Source: Eledone cirrhosa (taxonomy: Eukaryota). Taken from it: a stretch of DNA of 64,000 bases. The notes under the pieces were generated by a model that was given only the letters and a program-made list of their open reading frames with translations, made no database searches and was not told the origin of the DNA. Of this stretch, positions 15,546 through 31,679 are shown one piece after another. The DNA lies in contig OZ024740.1 of the NCBI GenBank assembly GCA_964016885.1, positions 438,464,001 to 438,528,000 on the forward strand, read 5' to 3'. The translations under genes and the position numbers were made by a program. Each line of letters starts with the position of its first letter. Positions within the stretch are counted from its first letter, which is position 1.

Positions 15546-18500
15546 TTTATAGAACATACCTTCATAGAACATACCTTTATAGAACATACCTTTATAGAAC
15601 ATACATTTATAGAACAGACCTTTATAGAACATACCTTTATAGAACACACCTTTATAGAACAGACCTTTATAGAACATACCTTTATAGAACACACCTTTAT
15701 AGAACAGACCTTTATAGAACATACCTTTATAGAATATACCATTATAGAACAGACCTTTATAGAACATACCTTTATAGAACATACCTTTATAGAACAGGCC
15801 TTTATAGAAAAGACATTTATAGAACACACCTTTATAGAACAGACCTTTATAGAACATACCTTCATAGAACACACCTTTATAGAACATACCTTTATAGAAT
15901 ATACCATTATAGAACATACCTTTATAGAACACACCTTTATAGAACATACCTTTATAGAACACACCTTTATAGAACAGACCTTTATAGAACATACCTTTAT
16001 AGAACACACCTTTATAGAACAGACCTTTATAGAACATACCTTCATAGAACATACCTTTATACAACACACCTTTATAGAACATACCTTTATAGAACATACC
16101 TTCATAGAACATACCTTTATAGAACACACCTTTCTAGAACATACATTTATAGAAAAGCCCTTTATAGAACACACCTTTATAATACATACCTTTATAGAAC
16201 ACACCTTTATAGAACATCCCTTTATAGAACATACCTTTATAGAATAGACCTTTATAGAACATACCTTTATAGAACATACCTTTATAGAACATACCTTTAT
16301 AGAACATACCTTTATAGAACACACATTTATAGAACATAACTTTATAGAACATACCTTTATAGAATAGACCTTTATAGAACATACCTTTTTAGAACACACC
16401 TTTATAGAACATACCTTTATAGAACACATCATTATAGAAAATACCTTTATATTACACAACTTTATAGTACACACCTTTAGCGTACATACCTTAATAGAAC
16501 AGACCTTTATAGAACATATCTTTAGGGAAGATACCTTTATAGAATAGACCTTTATAGAACACACCTTCATAGAATACAGCTTTATAGAACAGACCTTTAT
16601 AGAACACACCTTTATAGAACATACCTTTATAGAACACATCTTAATATAACATACCTTAATAGAAAACACCTTTATAGGACTCATCTTTATAGTACATACC
16701 TTTATAGAACATACCTTTATAGAATATACCTTTATAGAATGTACCCTTATAGAACACACCTTTATAGAACATACCTTAATAGAACATAGCGTTATAGAAC
16801 AGACCTTTATAGAACAAACCTTTATAGAACACACCTTAATAGAACACACCTTTATAGACCATACCTTAACAGAACATACCTTTATAGAACACACCTTAAG
16901 AGAACATGCCATTATAGAACATAGCGTTATAGAACATACCTTTATAGAAAATACCTTTATAGAACACACCTTTATAGAACACACCTTTATAGAACATACC
17001 TTAATAGAATACACCTTTATAGAACAGACCTTTATAGAACAAACCTTTATAGAACACACCTTTATAGAACTCATCTTTATAGTTACTACCTTTATAGAAC
17101 ATACCTTAACAGAACATACCTTTATAGAACATACCTTTATAGAACACACCTTAATAGAACATGCCATTATAGAACATAGCGTTATAGAACTTACCTGTAT
17201 AGAACAGACCTTTATAGAACATACCTTTATAGAAAATACCTTTATAGAACACACCTTTATAGAACACAACTTTATAGAACATACCTTAATAGAATACACC
17301 TTTATAGAACAGACCTTTATAGAACACACCTTAATAGAACACACCTTTATAGACCATACCTTAATAGAACATACCTTTATAGAACAGACCTTATAGAACA
17401 TACCTTTATAGAACACACCTTAATAGAACATGCCTTTATAGAACAGACCTTTATAGAACATACCTTTATAGAACACACCTTTATAGAACATACCTTTATA
17501 GAATATACCTTTATAGAACATACCTTTATAGAACAGACCTTTATAGAACATACCTTTATAGTACATACCTTTATAGTACATACCTTAATAGAACATACCT
17601 TTATAGAACATACCTTTATAGAACACACCTTAATAGAACATGCCTTTATAGAACAGGCCTTTATAGAACATACATTTATAATGCATACCTTTATAGTACA
17701 TACCTTAATAGAACATGCCTTTATAGAAAATACCTTTATAGAACAGACCTTTATAGAACATACCTTTATAGAAAATACCTTTATAGAACATACCTTTATA
17801 GAACATACCTTTATAGAACATACCTTTATAGAACACACCTTAATAGAACATACCTTTATAGAACATACCTTTATAGAACATACCTTTATAGAACATACCT
17901 TTATAGAACATACCTTTATAGAACAGACCTTTATAGAACATACCTTTATAGAAAATACCTTTATAGAACATACTTTTATAGAACACACCTTTATAGAACA
18001 TACCTTTATAGAACATACCTCAATATAACATACCTTAATAGAACACACCTTTATAGAACACACCTTAATAGAACTCACCTTTATAGACCATACCTTAATA
18101 GAACATACCTTTATAGAACAGACCTTTATAGAACATACCTTTATAGTACATACCTTTATAGAACACACCTTAATAGAATATACCTTTATAGAACATACCT
18201 TTATAGAACACACCTTTATAGAACATACCTTTATAGAATATACCTTTCTAGAACATACCTTTATAGAACAGATCTTTATAGAACATACCTTTATAGTACA
18301 TACCTTTATAGTACATACCTTAATAGAACATACCTTTATAGAACATATCTTTATAGAACATACCTTAATAGAACATAGATTTATAGTACATACCTTTATA
18401 GTACAAACTTTAATAGAACATACCTTTATACAACATAGCTTTATAGAACACACCTTAATAGAACACACCTTTATAGAACATAGCTTAATAGAACATACCT

Positions 18501-21500
18501 TTATAGAACAGACCTTTATAGAACATACCTTTATAGAACATACCTTTATAGAACATACCTTTATAGAACACACCTTTATAGAATAGACCTTTATAGAACA
18601 TACCTCTATAGAACATACCTTTATAGAATAGACCTTTATAGAACATACCTTTATATAACATACCTTTATAGAATAGACCTTTATAGAACATACCTTTTTA
18701 GAACACACCTTTATAGAACATACCTTTATAGAACACACCTTTATAGAACATACCTCTATATTACACAACTTTATAGTACACACCTTTAGCGTACATACCT
18801 TAATAGAACATACCTTTATAGAACATATCTTTAGAGAAGATATCTTTATAGAATAGACCTTTATAGAACATACCTTTATAGAACACACCTTTATAATACA
18901 TAACTTTATAGAACACACCTTTATAGAACATACCCTTATAGAACATACCTTTATAGAACACACCTTTATAGAATACACCTTAATATAACGTTCCTTAATA
19001 GAACACACCTTTATAGAACTTATGTTTATAGTACATACCTTTATAGAACACACCTTTATAGAATATACCTTTATAGAATGTACCCTTATATAACACACCT
19101 TTATAGTACATACCTTAAAAGAACATACCTTTATAGAACACACCTTTATAGTACATACATTAATAGAACATACCTTAATAGAACATACCTTTATAGAACA
19201 TACCTTTATAGAACATACCTTTATTATTATTACCTTTATAGAACACACCTTTATAGAATACACCTTTATAGAACATACCTTTATAGAACACACCTTTATA
19301 GAACAGACTTTATAGAACATACCTTTATAGAACACACCTTTATAGAACATACATTTATAGAACATACCTTTATAGAACAGACCTAAATAGAAAATACCTT
19401 TATAGAACATACCTTTATAGAACATACCTTTATAGAACTGACCTTTATAGAACACACCTTTTTAGAACACACCTTTATAGAACATACCTTTACATAACAC
19501 ATCTTTATAGAAAATACCTTTATATTACACAAGTTTATAGTACACACCTTTAGCGTACATACCTTAATAGAACAGACCTTTATAGAACATATCTTTAGAG
19601 AAGATACCTTTATAGAATAGACCTTTATAGAACACACCTTTATAGAATACAGCTTTATAGAACAGACCTTTATGGAACACACCTTTATAGAACATACCTT
19701 TATAGAACACACATTAATATAACATACCTTAATAGAAAACACCTTTATAGAACTTATCTTTATAGTACATACCTTTATAGAACATACCTTTATAGAATAT
19801 ACCTTTATAGAATGTACCCTTATAGAACACACCTTTATAGAACATACCTTTATAGAACACACCTTTATAGAACAGACCTTTATAGAACATACCTTTATAG
19901 AACATACCTTTATAGAACAGACCTAAATAGAACATACATCTTTAGAACATACATTTATAGAACATACCTTTATAGTTACTACCTTTATAGAACATACCTT
20001 AACAGAAAATACCTTTATAGAACATAACTTTATAGAACACACCTTAATAGAACATGCCATTATAGAACATAGCGTTATAGAACATACCTTTATAGAACTG
20101 ACCTTTATAGAACATACCTTTATAGAAAATACCTTTATAGAAAACACCTTTATAGAACACACCTTTATAGAACATACCTGAATAGAATACACCTTTATAG
20201 AACAGACCTTTATAGAACAAACCTTTATAGAACACACCTTAATAGAACACACCTTTATAAAACATACCTTAATAGAACATACCTTTATAGAACAGACCTT
20301 TATAGAACATACCTTTATAGAACATACCTTTATAGAACATACCTTTATAGAACACACCTTTATAGAACATACCTTTATAGAACATAACTTTATAGAATAG
20401 ACCTTTATAGAACATACCTTTTTAGAACACACCTTTATAGAACATACCTTTATAGAACACATCTTTATAGAAAATACCTTTATATTACACAACTTTATAG
20501 TACACACCTTTAGCGTACATACCTTAATAGAACAGACCTTTATAGAACATATCTTTTGAGAAGATACCTTTATAGAATAGACCTTTATAGAACACACCTT
20601 TATAGAATACAGCTTTATAGAACAGACCTTTATAGAACACACCTTTATAGAACATACCTTTATAGAACACACCTTAATATAACATACCTTAATAGAAAAC
20701 ACCTTTATAGAACTTATCTTTATAGTACATACCTTTATAGAACATACCTTTTTAGAATATACCTTTATAGAATGTACCCTTATAGAACACACCTTTATAG
20801 AACAGACCTTTATAGAACATACCTTTATAGAACATACCTATATAGAACAGACCTAAATAGAACATACATTTATAGAACATACCTTTATAGGTACTACCTT
20901 TATAGAACATACCTTAACAGAACATACCTTTATAGAACATACCTTTATAGAACACACCTTAATAGAACATGCCATTATAGAACATATCGTTATAGAACAT
21001 ACCTTTATAGAACAGACCTTTATAGAACATACCTTTATAGAAAATAACTTTATAGAACACAACTTTATAGAACACACCTTTATAGAACATACCTTAATAG
21101 AATACACCTTAATAGAACGCACCTTTATAGACCATACCTTAATAGAACATACCTTTATAGTACATACCTTAATAGAACATACCTTTATAGAACATACCTT
21201 TATACAACACACCTTAATAGAACATGCCTTTATAGAACAGGCCTTTATAGAACATATATTTATAATGCATACCTTTATAGTACATACCTTAATAGAACAT
21301 ACCTTTATAGTACATACCTTAATAGAACATACCTTTATAGAACATACCTTTATAGAACATACCTTAATAGAACAGATCGTTATAGAACACACCTTTATAG
21401 AACATAGCTTTATAGAACACACCTTAATAGAACACACCTTTATAAAACATAGCTTAATAGAACATACCTTTATAGAACAGACCTTTATAGAACATAACTT

Positions 21501-24500
21501 TATAGTACATACCTTAATAGAACATACTTTTATAGAACACACCTTTATGAAACATACATTTATACAACACATCTTTATAGAACATACCTTTATAGAACAT
21601 ACATATATAGAACATACCTTTATAGGACACACCTTTATAGAACATACCTTTATAGAACCTATCTTTATAGAACATACCTTTATAGAACACACCTTTATAA
21701 AACATACCTTTATACAACACACCTTTATAGAACATACCTTTATAGAACATACCTTTATAGAACATACCTTTATAGAACACACCTTTATAGAACATACCTT
21801 TATAGAACCTATCTTTATAGAACATACCTTTATAGAACACACCTTTATAAAACATACCTTTATACAACACACCTTTATAGAACATACCTTTATAGAACAT
21901 ACCTTTATAGAACATACCTTTATAGAACATACATTTAGAGAAAAGCCCTTTATAGAACACACCTTTATAATACATACCTTTATAGAACACACCTTTATAG
22001 AACATCCCTTTATAGAACATACCTTTATAGAATAGACCTGTATAGAACATACCTTTATAGAACATACCTTTATAGAACATACCTTTATAGAACATACCTT
22101 TATAGAACACACCTTTATAGAACATACCTTTATAGAACATACCTTTATAGAATAGACCTTTATAGAACATACCTTTTTAGAACACACCTTTATAGAACAT
22201 ACCTTTATAGAACACACCTTTATAGAACATACCTTTATAGAACCTATCTTTATAGAACATACCTTTATAGAACACACCTTTATAAAACATACCTTTATAC
22301 AACACACCTTTATAGAACATACCTTTATAGAACATACCTTTATAGAACATACCTTTTTAGAATATACCTTCATAGAATGTACCCTTATAGAACACACCTT
22401 TATAGAACATACCTTTATAGAACACACCTTTATAGAACAGACCTTTATAGAACATACCTGTATAGAACATACCTATATAGAACAGACCGAAATAGAACAT
22501 ACATTTATAGAACATACCTTTATAGGTACTAAATTTATAGAACATACCTTAACAGAACATACCTTTATAGAACATACCTTTATAGAACACACCTTAATAG
22601 AACATGCCATTATAGAACATAGCGTTATAGAATATACCTTTATAGAACAGACCTTTATAGAACATACCTTTATAGAAAATATCTTTATAGAACACAACTT
22701 TATAGAACACACCTTTATAGAACATACCTTAATAGAATACACCTTTATAGAACAGACCTTTATAGAACAGACCTTTATAGAACATACTTTTATAGAACAT
22801 ACCTTAATAGAACATGCCTTTATAGAACAGACCTTTATAGAACATACCTTTATAGATCACACCTTTATAGAACATACCTTTATAGAATATACCTTTATAG
22901 AACATACCTTTATAGAACAGATCTTTATAGAACATACCTTTATAGTACATACCTTTATAGTACATACCTTTTTAGAATATACCTTTATAGAATATACCCT
23001 TATAGAACACACCTTTATAGAACATACCTTTATAGAACACACCTTTATAGAACACACCTTTATAGAACATACCTTTATAGAACATACCTATATAGAACAG
23101 ACCTAAATAGAACATACATTTATAGAACATACCTTTATAGGTACTACCATTATAGAACATACCTTGACAGAACATACCTTTATAGAACATACCTTTATAG
23201 AACACACATTAATAGAACATGCCATTATAGAACATAGCGTTATAGAACATACCTTTATAGAACAGACCTTTATAGAACATACCTTTATAGAAAATACCTT
23301 TATAGAACACAACTTTATAGAACACACCTTTATAGAACATACCTTAATAGAATACACCTTTATAGAACAGACCTTTATAGAACAAACCTTTATAGATCAT
23401 ACCTTTATAGAACACACCTTAATAGAACATGCCTTTATAGAACAGACCTTTATAGAACATACCTTTATAGAACACACCTTTATAGAACATACCTTTATAG
23501 AATATACATTTATAGAACATACCTTTATAGAACAGATCTTTATAGAACATACCTTTATAGTACATACCTTTATAGTACATACCTTAATAGAACATACCTT
23601 TATAGAACATACCTTTATAGAACACACCTTAATAGAACATGCCTTTATAGAACAGGCCTTTATAGAACATACATTTATAATGCATACCTTTATAGTACAT
23701 ACCTTAATAGAACATACCTTTATAGAACATACCTTTATAGAACATACCTTAATAGAACACATCTTTATAGAACACACCTTTATAGAACATAGCTTTATAG
23801 AACACACCTTAATAGAACACACCTTTATAAAACATAGCTTAATAGAACATACCTTTATAGAACAGACCTTTATAGAACATACCATTATAGAACATGCCTT
23901 TATAGTACAAACCTTTATAGTACATACCTTAATAGTACATACCTTTATAGAACATACATTTATAGAACAGACCTTTATAGAATATACCTTTATAGAACAT
24001 ACCTTTATAGAATATACCATTATAGAACAGACCTTTATAGAACACACCTTTATAGAACATACCTTTATAGAACACACCTTTATAGAACAGACCTTTATAG
24101 AACATACCTTCATAGAACATACCTTTATAGAACATACCTTTATAGAACACACCTTTATAGAACATACCTTTATAGAACATACATTTATAGAACATATCTT
24201 TATAGAACAGACCTTTATAGAACATACCTTTATAGTACATAACTTTATAGTACATACCTTAATAGAACATACCTTTATAGAACAAACCTTTATAAAACAT
24301 ACCTTTATACAACACACCTTTATAGAACATACCTTTATAGAACATACCTTTATAGAACATACCTTTATAGAACACACCTTTATAGAACATACATTTATAG
24401 AAAAGCCCTTTATAGAACACACCTTTATAATACATACCTTTATAGAACACACCTTTATAGAACATCCCTTTATATAACATACCTTTATAGAATAGACCTT

Positions 24501-24549
24501 TATAGAACATACCTTTATAGAACATACCTTTATAGAACATACCTTTATA

Positions 24550-27500
24550 GAACACACATTTATAGAACATACCTTTATAGAACATACCTTTATAGAATAG
24601 ACGTTTATATTACACAACTTTATAGTACACACCTTTAGCGTACATACCTTAATAGAACAGACCTTTATAGAACATATCTTTAGAGAAGATACCTTTATAG
24701 AATAGACCTTTATAGAACACACCTTTATAGAATACAGCTTTATAGAACATACCTTTATAGAACACACCTTAATATAACATACCTTAATAGAAAACACCTT
24801 TATAGAACTTATCTTTATAGTACATACCTTTATAGAACATACCTTTATAGAATATACCTTTATAGAATGTACCCTTATAGAACACACCTTTATAGAACAG
24901 ACCTGTATAGAACATACCTTTATAGAACATACCTTTATAGAACAGACCTAAATAGAACATACATTTATAGAACATAACTTTATAGTTACTACCGTTATAG
25001 AACATACCTTAACAGAACATAACTTTATAGAACATACCTTTATAGAACATGCCATTATAGAACATAGCGTTATAGAACATACCTTTATAGAACAGACCTT
25101 TATAGAACATACCTTTATAGAGAATACCTTTATAGAACATACCTTTATAGAACATACCTTTATAGAAAATAACTTTATAGAACATACCTTTATAGAAAAT
25201 ACCTTCACAGAACATACCTTTATAGAACAGACCTTTATAGAACATACCTTTAGAGAATATACCATTATAGAACAGACCTTTATAGAACATACCTTTATAG
25301 AACATACCTTTATAGAACATACCTTTATAGAACATACCTTCATAGAACACACCTTAATAGAACACACCTTTATAGAATAGAGCTTTATAGAACATACCTT
25401 TATAGAGCATACCTTAATAGAACATGCCTTTATAGAACATACCTTTATAGAACACACCTTTATAGAACATGCCTTTATAGAACAGATCTTTATAGAACAC
25501 AACTTTATAGAACACAACTTTATAGAACATACCTCTATATAACATAGTATAATAGAACACACCTTTATAGAACACACCTTTATAGAACACACCTTTATAG
25601 AACACACCTTAATAGAACATGCCTTTATAGAACAGACCTTTATAGAACATACCTTTATAGAACACACCTTTATAGAACATACCTTTATAGAATATACTTT
25701 TATAGAACATACCTTTATAGAACAGATCTTTATAGAACATACCTTTATAGTACATACCTTTAGAGTACATACCTTAATAGAACATACCTTTATAGAACAT
25801 ACCGTTATAGAACACACCTTAATAGAACATGCCTTTATAGAACAGGCCTTTATAGAACATACCTTTATAGTGCATACCTTTATAGTACATACCTTCATAG
25901 AACATACCTTTATAGTACATACCTTAATAGAACATACCTTTATAGAACATACCGTTATAGAACACACCTTAATAGAACATACCTTTATAGAACACACCTT
26001 TATAGAACATACCTTTATATTACACAACTTTATAGTACACACCTTTAGCGTACATACCTTTATAGAACATACCTTTATAGAACATACCTTTATAGAACAC
26101 ACCTTTATAGAATACAGCTTTATAGAACAGACCTTTATAGAACACACCTTTATAGAACATACCTTTATAGAACACACCTTAATATAACATACCTTAATAG
26201 AAAACACCTTTATAGAACGTATCTTTATAGTACATACCTTTATAGAACACACCTTTATAGAACATACCTTTATAGAATATACCTTTATAGAATGTACCCC
26301 TATAGAACACACCTTTATAGTACATACCTTAAAAGAACATGCCTTTATAGAACACACCTTTATAGTACATACATTAATAGAACATACCTTTATAGAACAT
26401 ACCTTTATAGAACATATCTTTATAGAACATACCTTTATCATTATTACCTTTATAGAACACACCTTTATAGAATACACCTTTATAGAACATACCTTTATAG
26501 AACACACCTTAATAGAACATACCTTTATAGAACATACATTTATAGAACACACCTTTATAGAACATACCTTTATCGAACATACCTTTATAGAACAGACCTA
26601 AATAGAATACACCTTTATAGAACATACCTTTATAGAACACACCTTAATAGAACACACCTTTATATAACACACCTTAATAGGACATGCCATTATAGAACAT
26701 ACCTTTATAGAACATACCTTTATAGAACAGACCTTAATAGAACATGCCTTTATAGAACAGAGTTTTATAGAACATACCTTTATAGAACACACCTTAATAG
26801 AACATGCCTTTATAGAACAGACCTTTATAGAACATACCTTTATAGAACACACCTTAATAGAACATGCCTTTATAGAACAGACCTTTATAGAACATACCTT
26901 TATAGAACATACCTTTATAGAACATACCTTTATAGAACACACATTTATAGAACATACCTTTATAGAACATACCTTTATAGAATAGACGTTTATATTACAC
27001 AAATTTATAGTACACACCTTTAGCGTACATACCTTAATAGAACAGACCTTTATAGAACATATCTTTAGAGAAGATACCTTTATAGAATAGACCTTTATAG
27101 AACACACCTTTATAGAATACAGCTTTATAGAACATACCTTTATAGAACACACCTTAATATAACATACCTTAATAGAAAACACCTTTATAGAACTTATCTT
27201 TATAGTACATACCTTTATAGAACATACCTTTATAGAATATACCTTTATAGAATGTACCCTTATAGAACACACCTTTATAGAACAGACCTGTATAGAACAG
27301 ACCTTTATAGAACAGACCTTTATAGAACATAACTTTATAGAACATACCTTTATAGAACAGACCTAAATAGAACATACATTTATAGAACATACCTTTATAG
27401 TTACTAACGTTATAGAACATACCTTAACAGAACGTACCTTTATAGAACATACCTTTATAGAACACACCTTAATAGAACATGCCATTATAGAACATAGCGT

Positions 27501-28980
27501 TATAGAACATACCTTTATAGAACAGACCTTTATAGAACATACCTTTATAGAGAATACCTTTATAGAACATACCTTTATAGAACATACCTTTATAGAAAAT
27601 AACTTTATAGAACATACCTTTATAGAAAATACCTTCACAGAACATACCTTTATAGAACAGACCTTTATAGAACATACCTTTAGAGAATATACCATTATAG
27701 AACAGACCTTTATAGAACATACCTTTATAGAACATACCTTTATAGAACATACCTTTATAGAACATACCTTCATAGAACACACCTTAATAGAACACACCTT
27801 TATAGAATAGAGCTTTATAGAACATACCTTTATAGAACATACCTTAATAGAACATGCCTTTATAGAACATACCTTTATAGAACACACCTTTATAGAACAT
27901 GCCTTTATAGAACAGATCTTTATAGAACACAACTTTATAGAACACAACTTTATAGAACATACCTCTATATAACATAGTATAATAGAACACACCTTTATAG
28001 AACACACCTTTATAGAACACACCTTTATAAAACACACCTTAATAGAACATGCCTTTATAGAACAGACCTTTATAGAACATACCTTTATAGAACACACCTT
28101 TATAGAACATACCTTTATAGAATATACTTTTATAGAACATACCTTTATAGAACAGATCTTTATAGAACATACCTTTATAGTACATACCTTTAGAGTACAT
28201 ACCTTAATAGAACATACCTTTATAGAACATACCGTTATAGAACACACCTTAATAGAACATGCCTTTATAGAACAGGCCTTTATAGAACATACCTTTATAG
28301 AGCATACCTTTATAGTACATACCTTAATAGAACATACCTTTATAGTACATACCTTAATAGAACATACCTTTATAGAACATACCGTTATAGAACACACCTT
28401 AATAGAACATACCTTTATAGAACACACCTTTATAGAACATACCTTTATATTACACAACTTTATAGTACACACCTTTAGCGTACATACCTTTATAGAACAT
28501 ACCTTTATAGAACATACCTTTATAGAACACACCTTTATAGAATACAGCTTTATAGAACAGACCTTTATAGAACACACCTTTATAGAACATACCTTTATAG
28601 AACACACCTTAATATAACATTCCTTAATAGAAAACACCTTTATAGAACGTATCTTTATAGTACATACCTTTATAGAACACACCTTTATAGAACATACCTT
28701 TATAGAATATACCTTTATAGAATGTACCCCTATAGAACACACCTTTATAGTACATACCTTAAAAGAACATGCCTTTATAGAACACACCTTTATAGAACAT
28801 ATCTTTATAGAACATACCTTTATCATTATTACCTTTATAGAACACACCTTTATAGAATACACCTTTATAGAACATACCTTTATAGAACACACCTTAATAG
28901 AACATACCTTTATAGAACATACATTTATAGAACACACCTTTATAGAACATACCTTTATAGAACATACCTTTATAGAACAG
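24550..28980. repeat. Tandem duplication with 2,430-bp period (162 monomers)
   Basis: Private markers pair up: AGAGAATACC near 25120/27550, CATAGTATAATAG near 25543/27973, and GAATGTACCCC near 26290/28720. ORF pairs 25414/27844 and 26292/28722 are offset by exactly 2430. Confidence 0.88.
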
Positions 28981-31679
28981 ACCTTAATAGAACATGCCTT
29001 TATAGAACAGAGTTTTATAGAACATACCTTTATAGAACACACCTTAATAGAACATGCCTTTATAGAACAGACCTTTATAGAACATACCTTTATAGTACAT
29101 AACTTTATAGTACATACCTTTATAGTTACTACCTTTATAGAACATACCTTAATAGAACATACCTTTATAGAACATACCTTTATAGAACACACCTTAATAG
29201 AACATGCCTTTAGAGAACAGACCTTTATAAATCATATCTTTATAGAACACACCTTAATAGAACATGCCTTTATAGAACAGACCTTTATAGAACATACCTT
29301 TATAGAACACACCTTAATAGAACATGCCTTTATAGAACAGACCTTTATAGAACATACCTTTATAGTACATACCTTTATAGTACATACCTTTATAGTTACT
29401 ACCTTTATAGAACATACCTTAATAGAACATACCTTTATAGAACACACCTTTATAGAACACACCTTTATAGAACATACCTTTATAGAATATACCTTTATAG
29501 AACAGACCTTTATAGAACATGCCTTTATAGAACACACCTTAATAGAACATGCCTTTATAGAACAGGCCTTTATAGAACATACCTTTATAGTACATACCTT
29601 TATAGTACATACCTTAATAGAACAGACCTTTATAGAACATACTTTTATAGAACAGACCTTTATAGAACATACCTTTATAGTACATACCTTTATAGTACAT
29701 ACCTTTATAGTTACTAACTTTATAGAACATACCTTTATAGAAAATACCTTTATAGAACAGACCTTTGTAGAAATACCTTTATAGTACATACCTTTATAGA
29801 ACATACCTTTATAGAAAATACCTTTAGAGTACATACCTGTATAGAACATACCTTTATAGAAAATACCTTTATAGAACATACCTTTATAGAACATACCTTT
29901 ATAGAAAATACCTTTATAGTACATACCTTAATAGAACATACCTTTATAGAACATACCTTTATAGAAAATAACTTTATAGTACATACCTTAATAGAACATA
30001 CCTTTATAGAACATACCTTTATAGAAAATACCTTTATAGAACATACCTTTAGAGAATATACCATTATAGAACAGACCTTTATAGAACATACCTTTTTAGA
30101 ACATACCTTTATAGAACACACCTTAATAGAACACACCTTTATAGAATAGAGCTTTTTAGAACATACCTTTATAGAACATACCTTAATAGAACATGCCTTT
30201 ATAGAACAGACCTTTATAGAACACACCTTTATAGAACACACCTTTATAGAACATACCTTAATAGATCATACCTTTATAGTTATTACCTTTATAGAACAGA
30301 CCTTTATAGAACATACCTTCATAGAACACACCTTTATAGTACATACCTTAATAGAACATACCTTTATAGAACATACCTTTATAGAACACACCTTAATAGA
30401 ACATGCCTTTATAGAACAGACCTTTATAGAACATACCTTTATAGTACATACCTTTATAGAACATACCTTTATAGAACATACCTTTATAGAACATACCTTT
30501 ATAGTACATACCTTAATAGAACATACCTTTAGAGAACAGACCTTAATAGAACACATCTTTATAGAACACACCTTTATAAAACATAGCTTAATAGAACATA
30601 CCTTTATAGAACAGACCTTTATAGAACATACCTTCATAGAACATACCTTTATAGTACAAACCTGTATAGTACATACCTTTATAGTACATACCTTTATAGA
30701 ATATACCTTTATAGAACAGACCTTTATAGAACACACCTTTATAGAACATACCTTTATAGAACATACTTTAATAGAACATGCCTTTATAGAACAGACCTTT
30801 ATAGAACATACCTTTATAGTTATTACCTTTATAGAACACACCTTTATAGAACATACCTTTATAGAACAGCCCTTTATAGAACATACCTTTATAGTACATA
30901 CCTTTATAGTACATACCTTAATAGAACAGACCTTTATAGAACATACCTTTATAGAACAGACCTTTATAGAACATACCTTTATAGTACATACCTTTATAGT
31001 ACATACCTTTATAGTAACTAACTTTATAGAACATACCTTTATAGAAAATACCTTTATAGAACAGACCTTTGTAGAAATACATTTATAGTACATACCTTTA
31101 TAGAACATACCTTTATAGAAAATACCTTTAGAGTACATACCTTTATAGAACATACCTTTATAGAAAATACCTTTATAGAACATACCTTTATAGAACATAC
31201 CTTTATAGAAAATACATTTATAGTACATACCTTAATAGAACATACCTTTATAGAACATAACTTTATAGAAAATACCTTTATAGTACATACCTTTATAGAA
31301 CATACCTTTATAGAAAATACCTTTATAGAACATACCTTTAGAGAATATACCATTATAGAACAGACCTTTATAGAACATACCTTTATAGAACACACCTTAA
31401 TAGAACACACCTTTATAGAATAGAGCTTTATAGAACATACCTTTATAGAACATACCTTAATAGAACATGCCTTTATAGAACAGACCTTTATAGAACACGC
31501 CTTTATAGAACACACCTTTATAGAACATACCTCTGTATAACATACCTTAATAGAACACACCTTTATAGAACACACCTTTATAGAACATACCTTAATAGAT
31601 CATACCTTTAGAGTTATTACCTTTATAGAACAGACCTTTATAGAACATACCTTTATAGAACACACCTTTATAGTACATA

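Larger units (their letters stand above)
1..29000. repeat. Satellite domain A (left sub-family of variant monomers)
   Basis: A diagnostic cassette (TTACACAACTTTATAGTACACACCTTTAGCGTAC or close variant) recurs near 2531, 4918, 7048, 9058, 10678, 12433, 13618, 16452, 18761, 19526, 20486, 24610, 26020, 26995 and 28450 and is not seen further right. The GAATGTACCC variant is also confined to this side. Confidence 0.85.

Noticed and set aside
1350-18255. Heat-shock elements at TTCTAGAA variants, and nGAAn in each monomer
   Set aside because: Only two inverted nGAAn units occur per site. The other GAA units are in the same orientation at 15-bp spacing, which does not fit the three-unit alternating HSE. 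The sites remain useful as domain-A XbaI markers.
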